From NCBI GenBank assembly GCA_964019335.1, contig OZ025685.1, positions 62,001 to 126,000 on the forward strand: a DNA stretch of 64,000 bases. The letters run 5' to 3'. Made by a program: the position numbers and the translations under genes. The stretch comes from Diplonema japonicum. Taxonomy: Eukaryota > Protista > Euglenozoa: Diplonemea. The notes below the pieces were generated by a model that was given only the letters and a program-made list of their open reading frames with translations, ran no database searches and was not told the DNA's origin. Below are positions 32,901-42,708 of the stretch, one piece after another; the first letter of the stretch is position 1, and each line of letters begins with the position of its first letter.

Positions 32901-33032
32901 CGTACTCCGGGGCACTCATTTACACTTTATACCCCCTCTTTTGACTTCTCTGAGTCGTTGCCCCCTGAAAAGGTACATGCCGCCCGCATGGCCATCGAGG
33001 ACCTGCAGAGCAACATCTTTGGTCATAAGTAA
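29964..33032 (+). CDS. Large hypothetical protein; N-terminal third resembles a degenerate kinesin motor
   Basis: ~1020-codon ORF; colinear echoes of kinesin motifs without a P-loop (see findings). Confidence is for the CDS; the kinesin call is weaker. Confidence 0.75.
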   Translation: MRVVSRLRKQRTEAQEVLSFDKASYSLTEAQKRLVKQVFGPPMQCGSLAAVAGVVLIMLRSVCNVEEDIHAVVAVVLCSIPCVFKAESKLSGAGAMGHVYCFIPSGSAIGPYITPDCSRTRGTDVVCGPERLLPACDGNFAGEAKLNTLCATAVAKVLGNSLTLPASLLLLSPPVLGPDPPCFARSVVNIINRILCQPQCTARVWGYTSKSAPMTKIHDTDNWAGNEAGNGAGPFDAKTLPASCHVVMSASCGACNVMFIALSGNPDISLARSSVLNLCQIRKTTATEFPAVISPLSLLIKDNMKQVKPKITTVMLMNHHLDTDEKKATKSMVKQTCRSLGIPYLKPRPSLFHTIKIALLFRRLSASRRMVTACVVKHPVEFCVAGDECLSFMMALKYKSGAPVQRELPYHATAYLEALQGPCNGRLIGETRVWIERGKVFFDNLAVTSPGVYVVQVVFNLCFKNDDNIDVLCPITCCTRAIRVADSCATLAGLMQARMGVSSIDSDAMKLVLKHDKLFSEKETKLEMHVASRYDPSVTLLVDGVVHLAMSKAGAAPLPAALKRRATESAVKRARRSFCDPDLTERKKSYGMGMQTVMSLRAKPALQDLLNPTVNTSVLITNGRGVTPVKLASSGKWVAVLRLESISIVTGCSVGLHSVVNVAMHPLEEWKTFSMKESVARMEIAKSHTTHTLMLDRKLWILLLCWWHGEIWKFECFKNEAVERTGVLEEHHRFWLTLLGEVEVQWVREELRTWDMLNKGIPRPVGLCVAKVGSVVMEEPFELSVRVVMRGHGKNLSLMPSSSDAVLLQLCNSTTNGGQMKMCVVSPFMHFDGKDVAHAQIRLSHAGSVAFRAVIEFSSPLTHSLVSDIVQVLHRPSKIVLQLMDKEGIVKYKFRSRDLISGRVHVYDSNNELCREVHGEAFLATERLVHNQWKQCTLLPALATAHSIHNGRGKVSFPRHIFACSPTGTYRFVSTLGDIRTPGHSFTLYTPSFDFSESLPPEKVHAARMAIEDLQSNIFGHK

Positions 33033-33120
33033 CAGTTTTTTTTGTTTATGTTTTTGCTTTTTTTTTTTAATTTCTTTTTGAAACCCCCTCTTAGGAAGAA
33101 GGGGACAGACAGCAGCAAAC

Positions 33121-33681
33121 ATGCCGAACCCCGTTGTGTTCTTCGATATGACTGTCGACGGGACTGCTGTCGGGAGGATCATGATGGAGCTCTACGCCGA
33201 CTCGGTCCCGAAGACGGCAGAGAACTTCAGGTGTCTCTGCACAGGCGAGAAGGGTTTTGGGTACTTGAACTCCACGTTCCATCGAGTGATCCCCAACTTT
33301 ATGTGTCAGGGTGGTGACTTTACTAACCATAACGGAACAGGTAACTGAAAAAAAAGGGGGGGAGGGGAGGGGAGGGGGGAGGGATAAAACACACCTAACG
33401 CAGGTGGGAAATCGATCTACGGTGAGAAGTTCGTGGACGAGAACTTCAAACACAAACACGTGAAACCGGGGCTTCTGTCCATGGCCAACGCAGGTCCCAA
33501 CACCAACGGCTCTCAATTCTTTTTGACAACGGCAGCCACACCGTGGCTGGACGGCAAGCACGTGGTGTTCGGCAGGGTGACCGAGGGCATGGACGTTGTT
33601 CAGAAGATAGAGTCTTATGGCTGCCAGAGCGGGAAGACAAGTAAAAAAGTGGTCATTGTGAGGTGCGGGCAGCTGGCGTGA
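33121..33681 (+). CDS. Cyclophilin A-type PPIase (exons 33121-33340, 33404-33681)
   Basis: [57 protein letters not shown]; 63-nt phase-1 intron with CTAAC branch restores NGTG-GKSIYG. Confidence 0.97.
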
Positions 33682-33817
33682 GCTGCTCTACTATATTTAT
33701 TTCTTTTTAGAAGTGTTTCTTTCAGACTACCGTCATACAGCATCAAGCCCCAAATAGGAACGCAGCGACAAAAAAAAAAAAAAAAAAAAAAAAAGAAAAA
33801 AGAAAAAAAAGAACAAA

Positions 33818-34700
33818 ATGGCGTCTGTCCTGGACACAGAAGGCCTGGAGATGAGCATGCGGAACAGAACAGAGAGGTTTAAGGAACTAAGGGCGCAGGC
33901 ATTGAGGGAGAGACCTAAGAAAGAAGTTGTGGTGGAAGGTGCGCCTGCATTCGGGTGGGTGGAAGCGTTGTCGAAGTTGGAGTCGGTGGAGAAGAAGCTT
34001 GGACCGCTGTTCATCGAACTTGACAGGCAGCAAACGAGGCACCTCATGGCACATGCTGAGTTCGGGTCGGAGGAGGACGACGACAGCGACCCCGAAGAAA
34101 TGGTGAGGCTGCTCACAGCACAGATCACATCGTACTTCAAGGTCCTTGAAACAGCGCTGCGTAAAGTAGTGCAGGATGCAGACAACCAACACCTTCTGTA
34201 CAACGTGCACAAAGGGATCGCGTCCAGAATCACTGTGTTGCACCAACGCTTCCGTGTCATCGAACAAAGGTACGCAGACGGTTTGAAAGGGAAGAGCAAC
34301 ATGGCCGAGAAAATGGAAGGCATGCTCGTCAGCGAAGAAACAAGGAAGTGGGAGGAGGAAGAAGCCGAAGCGTGCAGAAAGGACCAGCTATACGTGCAGG
34401 GTTACAACCAGCACCAGATCGACTCCATGCTCGTTGACGAGCAGGTCGCAAAGGAAAAAGCGGAGGCGCTGGCAGAAGTAAGCACCACGCTGCAGGAGAT
34501 CCACAGCATGTTCTCAGACCTTCACGCTCTTGTCATCGAGCAGGGCACGATGCTCGACAGGGTCGACAGCAACATAGAGAGTGCCACGGACCACATGAGG
34601 AATGCGACTGCCGACATCAGACTTGCACGGAAGGTATGCAGTTCCCACACGCACACGCTTTGACACAACACAGCACCACAAGCGCTGCACTGTCCAGTGA
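33818..34700 (+). CDS. Syntaxin-16/Tlg2-like Qa-SNARE, TM-less, ending CTVQ (exons 33818-34633, 34674-34700)
   Basis: N-peptide RNRTERFKELR; SNARE motif MFSDLHALVIEQGTMLDRVDSNIE; 40-nt intron GTATGC..ACACAG gives ...ARK|HHKRCTVQ*. Confidence 0.85.
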
Positions 34701-34819
34701 GGTGTTCTTTCCAATGTACCATACCTGATTCCTGCTTAGCGTTTCTTACCCCTTCCTTGTTTCCCATGCATTTGTATCTTTGTTCCACGCAGAGTACTCA
34801 CAGGGCGGGCGGGGTGAAC

Positions 34820-35141
34820 ATGGGATGCGGCCCTTCTGTCGCAGAAACCCAGTCGAAGGAAAAGTACAATGAAAGCAAGGTACGCTTCACTCGCGTCGCA
34901 TTGCCATTTTTTATTTTTATTTTATATTTTTTTTTTTTCCCACAGAGCCCTGCAATCAAAGGTGGCAAGAATGGGGGAACTACGCATGACAATGTGGTAT
35001 GGGATACATTGTAGCACCTAACTGCCCAAAGGACGGACCGCCTCTGAAAACCGTGTTGCCCGTCAACGTGTTCACCTACGAGATCCTGCACAATAAGGTA
35101 GACAACAACCAACACGCCCCCTCCCCCTTTCTTTTAATGGA

Positions 35142-35190
<49 letters not shown>

Positions 35191-35325
35191 ACAGCACCGA
35201 TACGCTCTAACCATGGAGCGAAAGGATGTCGCAGTGCAGCCTTGCTTAATACGACTGATCAAAGGGGACGCTGTCGTGGAAAAACCCCCGCCAGAGGTAA
35301 GCTAGAAGAAATTCAAACCCACAAA

Positions 35326-35357
<32 letters not shown>

Positions 35358-36516
35358 AAAAAAAAAAAAAACAGGATACAAATACGATGCTGAAAAATGT
35401 CAGACTGGCGACAGACTCGGGGGTGGTGAACCTAAGGATACCTGAGGACGAGATCGCTGACGCATGCGAAGAAGGCACCGAACCCAACTGCCTGAAACTA
35501 CTGGAAAGACAGCTCGTTCCCAGGAAAGTACGAGACTTCAAGCTGCGCTACGTATCGGGACAGGAAAGGGCCATCAAAGTAGTAGCAATGGCTACAGACG
35601 AGTCTGTGTTCATATCAGGCGGCAGCGTGGGGATGATCAGCCAGAGCGTTGTGGACGTCATTGACACAAGAACCTTGAAGAAAGTTGGCGCGCTTCCTGT
35701 ACACTGCTACCCCATCACATCTGCAGAATTCTCAACATCATCGCAACTACTGATGACATGTGACAACACGGACACCGTAACCATGTGGGATATGAACACC
35801 TTTCACGTCAAGAAAACAATCGAGCTCCCTGAAAGCGATGATCTAAAAGAATACCGACTAGCGTGTGTTAAGTTGACACCGGACAACACAACAATCATGG
35901 CTGCTGGTGAGGAGATACACAGCACACAGACAACCGGCGTTGTACTGGGCTGGTCGATGTCTTCTCATGAAACACCCCTCTTCACCTTCACAGAACACCC
36001 AGAAAGGATACAAGGCATGGCCGTACGGTCATGCGGAAAATTAATAGTTTCATCGGACAAAGGAGGGACTGTTCTGGTGTGGAAATGGGAAGATATGACT
36101 GTTGTGCACACGTGGAAGATGCCAGGCTCCACCCCATTTGTCAACTTTACACCAGATGGAAAGAGTGTCATAGCTGTATGTGAGAGGGTGCTTGCTGTAT
36201 GGGACGTCGAAACAGGAAAACCGTTGGTGTCGCGGCATCTGGAAAGCGATCCCATATTTGAAGATCCCATGACCTTGTCTTGTAAGGATACTCCAGGGTC
36301 TCTCATTGCTGTGCGGTACTTGGTTATGAGTTGGGTACCTGGAAACTTTATCATCTGCAGCACCTCTCAGAACTTTATTATTTTGTACGATGTGGAGACG
36401 CTGGAGGAGGTTTCGCGTTTTGTTGTACGGAATAAAGTGATCTGTGTGGCGTGCTCCCGGAATCGTATAACATTCGGGGATCTGTGGGGGAATGTGGGTG
36501 TTATCGATATTTTGTA

Positions 36517-36517
<1 letters not shown>
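34820..36517 (+). CDS. WD40-repeat protein with N-terminal MGCGPS motif (exons 34820-34879, 34946-34996, 35032-35097, 35195-35296, 35375-36517)
   Basis: WD repeats (VTMWD, VLVWK, LAVWD, IILYD); four phase-0 GT-AG introns join stop-free exons in frame with ORF 35387. Confidence 0.82.
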
Positions 36518-36567
<50 letters not shown>

Positions 36568-36689
36568 TCTTGAAGAATTTCCATTCTTCAGTAGACTGCC
36601 TCTCTCTTTTTTTTTTTTTTTTTTAAAGCTTCATTTTTCCTTCCTCCCATACACGCGTTAAAAACAAAAACAAAACAAAAAAAAAAAAA

Positions 36690-36720
<31 letters not shown>

Positions 36721-37033
36721 AAATCCCAACTGACTAGTTACCACTTGTCCTCTCTCTCTCTCCCTCTCCCATCAGCAGATCTTCTCAGAGACGTGAAAGA
36801 AAAAGAAATAGAAGAGGGAAAAAAAAAATGGAAAAAAAAATGCAGGAACCCCGGTGCCCTTTCAAAGCGAAACAGATCTTTTCCAAGGGAAACGGGGCAA
36901 AAAAAAAAAAAGAAAAAAAGGAAGGAAATAACGGAGTATTTTATTTTTTTTAATTTTATTTTTTTTTATTTTTCGCCAACAATAATGAGTCGCTGATTAA
37001 CTCGCAGGTTTCCAGACTTTTTTCTTCTCTTTT

Positions 37034-37072
<39 letters not shown>

Positions 37073-37107
37073 AAGCACATCTGGGCTTGGCAAGCCTGCA
37101 GGGTGTG

Positions 37108-37140
<33 letters not shown>

Positions 37141-37142
<2 letters not shown>

Positions 37143-37240
37143 AATTGGAAGTTACAAAGGTCAGCTAGACACTACGGTGGGTAGCAGGGAACGACCCAAA
37201 AGGGGAATAGTATAAGGTAGGGCACACCACCGCATAGTAA
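37141..37240 (+). mobile_element. Short 5'-truncated copy of the 3' end of the element at 10667-11392
   Basis: CAGCTAG.CACTACGGTGGGTAGCAGGGAACGACCC...TAAGGTAGG..CCACCGC..ATAGT shared with 11279-11390. Confidence 0.75.
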
Positions 37241-37529
37241 GTTTTTTTTTCTTTTTTTCTGTTTACTATTTGGGAATGGGGGTGTTGTACTTTAGTTCAC
37301 AAGACATTCACCCTCAATATGACTCGCTGCTTCGTGACACCGACGAAGGGTGAAGATGCAAAAAAGAAAAAAAAAAAAAAAAGAAAGAAAAGAAAAAGAA
37401 ACAAAACAAATGGTTCAGTTGCCTTTCCCCCCCCCTCCCCTTTTTGTTTGTTGTTTTGCCAGTTCTTTCTCTGTACTTCTCACATACCTATTCAGGGAGC
37501 ATATTGTACATAAGGTTAAACTTGCAACT

Positions 37530-38318
37530 ATGACACGGGACCTGATTTCTATTATGTGTGGCAGCAGGATGATGTGCATGCCTGTCGATTTTGGGTGGAC
37601 GGTGGATAAGCTGAGAGAAAAGATAGAAGCTGTGAGCGGCGATCCTGCAGAGAGGATGAAGCTGATCCTTGAAGGCAGACGGCTTGCCGAAGGAACCCTG
37701 GCTGACAATAACGTAAAACAAGGCTCTGTTGTGCATGTTGTTGTTTCTCAGCCTAGCGAGCAGGTAGAGACCGATGCCCCGATGCGCAACGACGGGACAC
37801 CTCAGACAACTGTGCGGCAGCACTTCAGGATCCTTGGAGGTGTCCCGGACCCTGCTTTGCTCCAACAGCTTCTCAGCTCCCAGCCACAGCCGCCCCCGCG
37901 GCACCCTCTCGTCAGGGACATCAATGTAGTGGTGCATGCGACGCCCTCGGAGCTCGCAGACCTCCCACAGCAGCTCAGCACATTCGAACAGCAGCTGCGT
38001 GAGCTGCAAGCTCAGAACATCGAGCAACAGCGACAAGTGCAGCAACAACAACCGAACCGAGTTGCCGTGTTGCAGCTGCATCTTCACCACCACCACCACC
38101 ACCACCACCAACAACAACAGCAGCAGCAGCATCAACAGCCCCAACAACAGCACCACCAACAGCAGCATCAACAACAACACCCAATGCAACAAATACGGGT
38201 GCAGTACGTCCCCCACCACCACTTCCATCACTACCAGCACCTGCACCAGCACCAGCAACAACACCTACACCACCACCAGCAGCAGCACCAGCACCAGCAC
38301 CAGCACCAGGGTCAGTAA
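37530..38318 (+). CDS. Ubiquitin-like-domain protein with His/Gln-rich tail
   Basis: UBL: WTVDKLREKIEAVSGDPAERMKLILEGRRL...TLADNNVKQGSVVHVV. Confidence 0.8.
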   Translation: MTRDLISIMCGSRMMCMPVDFGWTVDKLREKIEAVSGDPAERMKLILEGRRLAEGTLADNNVKQGSVVHVVVSQPSEQVETDAPMRNDGTPQTTVRQHFRILGGVPDPALLQQLLSSQPQPPPRHPLVRDINVVVHATPSELADLPQQLSTFEQQLRELQAQNIEQQRQVQQQQPNRVAVLQLHLHHHHHHHHQQQQQQQHQQPQQQHHQQQHQQQHPMQQIRVQYVPHHHFHHYQHLHQHQQQHLHHHQQQHQHQHQHQGQ

Positions 38319-38416
38319 TCAACCATAGATTAGAGTGCTTACGAGCGGTAGTTGACCTCAGACACTATTTTGTATTCAGATGAACTTTCTTACTGCCAAC
38401 AGCCACAAGCACCAAT

Positions 38417-38688
38417 ATGACGACCATTCTCGCGTCCCCTGTCCAAGATGCGGCTGACTTCCAGGTATCAAATACCACGGAAAAAAAACCTTTCACTCAC
38501 AGGCGATCCAGGAGGCCCTGGGCTCGTTTGGGGAGACCAGTGCGCAAACCGGTGCAAACCACATGAGCCTCGTGAAATGCGTCACCATCCCTGCTGTGAG
38601 CAATGCGGACGGGACCCTTGCCATGTTGAAGAGCAAGTTTCCTGCTTTCTCCTTTGAGTTCGATGGTGAGGTCCGTACCTGCAATTAG
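38417..38688 (+). CDS. 77-aa protease inhibitor I9-like protein (exons 38417-38464, 38503-38688)
   Basis: Absent from the ORF track. ACAG acceptor upstream, 38-nt phase-0 intron GTATCA..CACAG; HMSLVKCVTI and terminal FEFDGEVRTCN resemble PBI2/POIA-type inhibitors. Confidence 0.65.
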
Positions 38689-38912
38689 TGTTCTTACCAG
38701 CGAAACACCTTCTTAACTGTTTTTGTATATCTGCCAGAGTGACCTTGTTTGCCGCAGTACACGTGATAACTGCTGCTGTGCACCTAGTACGTGTTGTCCC
38801 CTTGCCGGGCAATGTGGAATTTACCCGCTCACGTTTTTCATTCTTATTTTTGAGAGCACCCTTCAGATGTTCGTTTCATACCACACAGACCATGGAATGC
38901 TCCTAGTCGCAC

Positions 38913-40049
38913 ATGGCGAAGGTGGATGTCTGTGCCCTCTGTACACTGCTGTTAGTTATTGGTGTAGAGCTCAAACTATACACGCAAGACGAGCCTCCTC
39001 ATCCGCCTTTGCCTGCTATCGTGACTCAACCCAGCCCCACGCATGCTAGAACGAGCGTAGAAGTGAAGCACGTCAAGACAGAATGCATGGCAGTTGAGGT
39101 ACCGCGTGTGCTTCCCACTCCCGGGTACCCAGAAGTGAACACGGCCCAGCCTTCTTTGTGGAGAGTGTACAGCCATAAACCGCCTAAAACCATGTACAAA
39201 ACAGACAGCGAGCACGCTGCGGTACTCAACAAAGTAGACAGAGTGGTACCGTGTGGGAAGTGGGTGAATGGGAGCTCTGAGTTGGAAGCATCTGTGCAAG
39301 GCAAAGGATGTCGGGGTGTGGACGAGCACCTTCCGATGAACGGTCCTGGCTTGGCCAGCAGTGCGAGGGAGAAGGTGAGCAGGTGCCTTGCGAACCACAC
39401 AGTGCTCATTGTAGGGAACTCGCTTGCCAGGCAGTGGGTGTTCAGCTTCCACAAGCTCATGACCGGTACCAACACGCTGCGGAAGAAGCAGAAGTCTCAA
39501 TGTAGTTACAGCTGCGGGATGTTTCTCCCTGGTCCCTTGCACGTTGTGTACATACAGTCGCTGTTGCTGTGGGGCCGTCCAGCGGTGTCTACGTTTGAGA
39601 AGTCGGGAATGCACAATTTCTTGGTATCGATGGGCGTGCCCTTTGGAATCAAGCCGACAGTGGTTGTGGCTGGGTTTGGACACCAGGACGCCTTTGAACC
39701 AGGAGACCCTCTGCAGGCATTGAGGAAGCTGGCGTGCCACCTACTACGGCTCGTGCGAGAAGGGGTCACTGTTTTGTACCGCACAGCAGTCCCTCTGCGA
39801 AGGTTCTTCACGCAAGGCATGTTCGGGAACAGTACGTTCATCAGCGAGATTAACAAAAAAGTTGCAGCTATCAATAGTGAGGCGAGACGCCTGTTCAAAG
39901 GCAGTGGTGTTGCCATTCTCGACGAGGAAGCTGCCGCTCTTGACGTCTTCGCGCAGGGTGCCGACAGTTATGTATACGAAGACCACATCCACCCGCCTGC
40001 AGTGAACACCGTGATGCTTCGGGAAACCTTACATGTTTTGTGCAGCTAG
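38913..40049 (+). CDS. Type II membrane SGNH protein, PC-esterase/TBL (O-acetyltransferase)-like
   Basis: N-terminal TM; CLANHTVLIVGNSLARQW (GDS-type motif), VLYRT, C-terminal DHIHP (DxxH). Confidence 0.75.
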   Translation: MAKVDVCALCTLLLVIGVELKLYTQDEPPHPPLPAIVTQPSPTHARTSVEVKHVKTECMAVEVPRVLPTPGYPEVNTAQPSLWRVYSHKPPKTMYKTDSEHAAVLNKVDRVVPCGKWVNGSSELEASVQGKGCRGVDEHLPMNGPGLASSAREKVSRCLANHTVLIVGNSLARQWVFSFHKLMTGTNTLRKKQKSQCSYSCGMFLPGPLHVVYIQSLLLWGRPAVSTFEKSGMHNFLVSMGVPFGIKPTVVVAGFGHQDAFEPGDPLQALRKLACHLLRLVREGVTVLYRTAVPLRRFFTQGMFGNSTFISEINKKVAAINSEARRLFKGSGVAILDEEAAALDVFAQGADSYVYEDHIHPPAVNTVMLRETLHVLCS

Positions 40050-40150
40050 TGTACTTTTTGAGTTTAATTACACATTCTGTTCTAATCCCCTCTCCCCTTC
40101 CCCTTCTTACGATTACTAACACTCCATGCATTAGATACTTTCCCTGGCAA

Positions 40151-41092
40151 ATGAGCACACTGCTCTTCAGCCCCTCGACGTCGCCGCAGAAGAATAGGGG
40201 CATTATCCCAGCGTTGCTACCTTTACTGGTTGATACTTATAACGCACCTGTGCAGAGTCCGCCGAAGCAGGGGAAGAGGAACCCCGTAGCACGGACAGGA
40301 TGTTTTGGGGTCTTCCCCTGTGCAATACCTAGAAAGGGCCTCGTCATCAGCCCTGTGCAAGAGTGGGCACGCGAGCCTAGGCAGTGCGACACGGAAGAAG
40401 TACCTGTGAAGTTTCAGTTTACAGGAAGGAGGACCAGAGTTGTACTATCGTCCTCGAAGTTGAAGGCTGCTGTTAAAGAGAAACCGAGTGCACCAGTGGC
40501 AGGGGTGGCAAGGAGGAGAATGCACCTGCCAACATCCTTCAGGCGGTACTACGATAGAGGAGATCTGCCGCTGAACGTGCTGCACAAGGGGACAGTAAAT
40601 AAGTTGGAGTGGCGGGTGTCGCCACAAATGCTGGACTACCATCACTTCTTGCCCATCTTCTTCGATGGTGTACGAGAACCTTACGAACCTCACAACGCCA
40701 TTGCTGTGCAGGGGTGCTACGACCTCATAAAGATGTGCCCTCAGCACTGTGTTACCTGCATACCGCAGCTTATCATCCCTATCAAACTGGCGCTGGATAC
40801 CAGGGAGCCGAAAATCGTCAGCTCGATGTTGAAAATTATTCAATTCTTCACCATCAGCCACAACAGCGTGGCGCCCGCGCTGATCACGTACTCTCGGCAG
40901 CTGCTGCCTATGTTCAACCAGTTCAAAGCATGGAACAAGTCCACTGGCGACGGCATCGAGTACTCTCAGGCGAAAAGAACAAATGTCGGTGACCTCGTCA
41001 ACGAAACCCTCCAACTCCTAGAGGAGCGTGGCGGCCCCAACGCCTACGTCCACATCAAATACATGATCCCTACTTACGAGTCTTGCGAGTGA
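40151..41092 (+). CDS. PACRG: Parkin co-regulated (PACRG) family axonemal protein
   Basis: FRRYYDRGDLP, LDYHHFLPIFFDGVRE, IPQLIIPIKLAL, GGPNAYVHIKYMIPTYES. Confidence 0.92.
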   Translation: MSTLLFSPSTSPQKNRGIIPALLPLLVDTYNAPVQSPPKQGKRNPVARTGCFGVFPCAIPRKGLVISPVQEWAREPRQCDTEEVPVKFQFTGRRTRVVLSSSKLKAAVKEKPSAPVAGVARRRMHLPTSFRRYYDRGDLPLNVLHKGTVNKLEWRVSPQMLDYHHFLPIFFDGVREPYEPHNAIAVQGCYDLIKMCPQHCVTCIPQLIIPIKLALDTREPKIVSSMLKIIQFFTISHNSVAPALITYSRQLLPMFNQFKAWNKSTGDGIEYSQAKRTNVGDLVNETLQLLEERGGPNAYVHIKYMIPTYESCE

Positions 41093-41247
41093 TACCCTCC
41101 CTCGGTTTACGAATACCATCGGCAACTTTCTTTCTAGCAGGTTGCCTGTATTTCTTACTATTCCTTTTCTCCATTTTCTTCTTTGTTCTCCATAGTTTCT
41201 TTCTGAGCGCAACGTATTTGTAATATTACCCGATCAAACCTCCCAGG

Positions 41248-42615
41248 ATGCCCCCCAACCTCAATGATGCTGTAGAAGCTTTGTACAACGGAGAATGGCA
41301 TAGGGGCAGGGTGGTGGTGCTCCCGGAAGGTGGCGGGGGGAAGTACATGATACAGTGGGACGAGGATGGATCGCACTCCTTGGTGATACCGGACGAGGTC
41401 CGAGCTGCAGAGAGGGAGTTCCCGAGGGCATACGTTGCAGCAGGCTGCATGACGGTGAGAAAAGGAAAGGAGCTGGAGAGCCCTATAGTGACAACAGAGA
41501 TTGGGAGGGGGGATGTGGTGGTTGTAGGTGCTGTTGAGGACAACCGGGCACGACTGATAGCACCTACAGCAGGCTGGTGCTCTGTCGTGAGCACCACAGG
41601 CGACACATTACTGTACGAATGTGTACAGAAAGAGTCACGGCTGAACGAACTGCTCAAACCATGCGCCAATGAAGGTCTTGTGCACAAAAGCCCGTGGCGA
41701 TCTTCTTCACCCGTACCAGGAAGCCTGCCCTCGCCCCCTCGCAGCCACAGCCCGTCAAAGACGTGGGATCCGCGGTACACACACCACCTACACGCAGATC
41801 ATAAGTCCCGCCTCGTGCGGCTAGCAGCAGCACAGCATAGTCAAAGAGAGTCGCGCAAGAAAGAAGAGGAACGCCACCTCACCTTCCGCCCCACTATCAC
41901 GCAGTCGCCTGACTTCCATTACGAATGGGGCGACGTCACGTCACGCTTGTACTCCGTCAAGAAGATGCCTGATAAGAAGGAGGAGAAAGAGAAAAGAGAG
42001 CGGATACCCGAAAAGGAAGTAAAAGAGTGCACCTTCCAGCCAAAGGTTAACCTGCCGGAGAACATGCGATTCAACAGCAACGTGCACGTGTCGGAAAGGC
42101 TGTATGGGGACGCGAGGAAGAGGGAAACGGTACTGGAGAAAACAGAGAACGAAAAAGCAGAGCGGGAGAGGGGGATGTCGAGAGGAAGGAAAGCAAAGGA
42201 GGCCAACAGGGAGGAGTTCTTCAGCAAGCTGGCGAAAGAGGTCCCGAGGCCTGTGGAACAACACCCGTTCAAACCGGTGATCAGCAAGGCTGCGGGGAAA
42301 GTGGTGTTTAAAGAAAAGGTGTTCGACAGGCTGAGTGGCGTGAAGGATAGCAACAGGTACAGCACTGCAAGCACGCGTGTGAAGGACAGCACCAAGAAAC
42401 CACGGCTGTCCACAGATGCTGATGAATGGTCGGGATCTGAAGCGGACAGCTTCGAGAGCAACGGGGCAGGCAGCCTGCCGCGTCCCTCGACTACCCCAGC
42501 GCATGGTGGTATATGCCACCCCTCGTCACCCTTTCCCGCTCCGCCTGGTGCTGAATCAGCTGCTGTGCTGATGAAATACATGAACAATCTGTGCACCACC
42601 CCATTCATCTTGTAG
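41248..42615 (+). CDS. Hypothetical protein: Tudor/SH3-like N-terminus, repeated (T)FxPxI / RLY motifs
   Basis: VEALYNGEWHRGRV...YMIQWDEDG; LTFRPTI, CTFQPKV, HPFKPVI each followed by V..RL(Y); suggests a cytoskeleton-associated protein. Confidence 0.75.
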   Translation: MPPNLNDAVEALYNGEWHRGRVVVLPEGGGGKYMIQWDEDGSHSLVIPDEVRAAEREFPRAYVAAGCMTVRKGKELESPIVTTEIGRGDVVVVGAVEDNRARLIAPTAGWCSVVSTTGDTLLYECVQKESRLNELLKPCANEGLVHKSPWRSSSPVPGSLPSPPRSHSPSKTWDPRYTHHLHADHKSRLVRLAAAQHSQRESRKKEEERHLTFRPTITQSPDFHYEWGDVTSRLYSVKKMPDKKEEKEKRERIPEKEVKECTFQPKVNLPENMRFNSNVHVSERLYGDARKRETVLEKTENEKAERERGMSRGRKAKEANREEFFSKLAKEVPRPVEQHPFKPVISKAAGKVVFKEKVFDRLSGVKDSNRYSTASTRVKDSTKKPRLSTDADEWSGSEADSFESNGAGSLPRPSTTPAHGGICHPSSPFPAPPGAESAAVLMKYMNNLCTTPFIL

Positions 42616-42708
42616 GCGCTGTATTTTTGATTTGTTATTATTATTATTATCTTTTTTTTTTTGATTCCTTTTCCCCTTCTTTCTTCGTATCCCTATCACA
42701 GGGCACAC

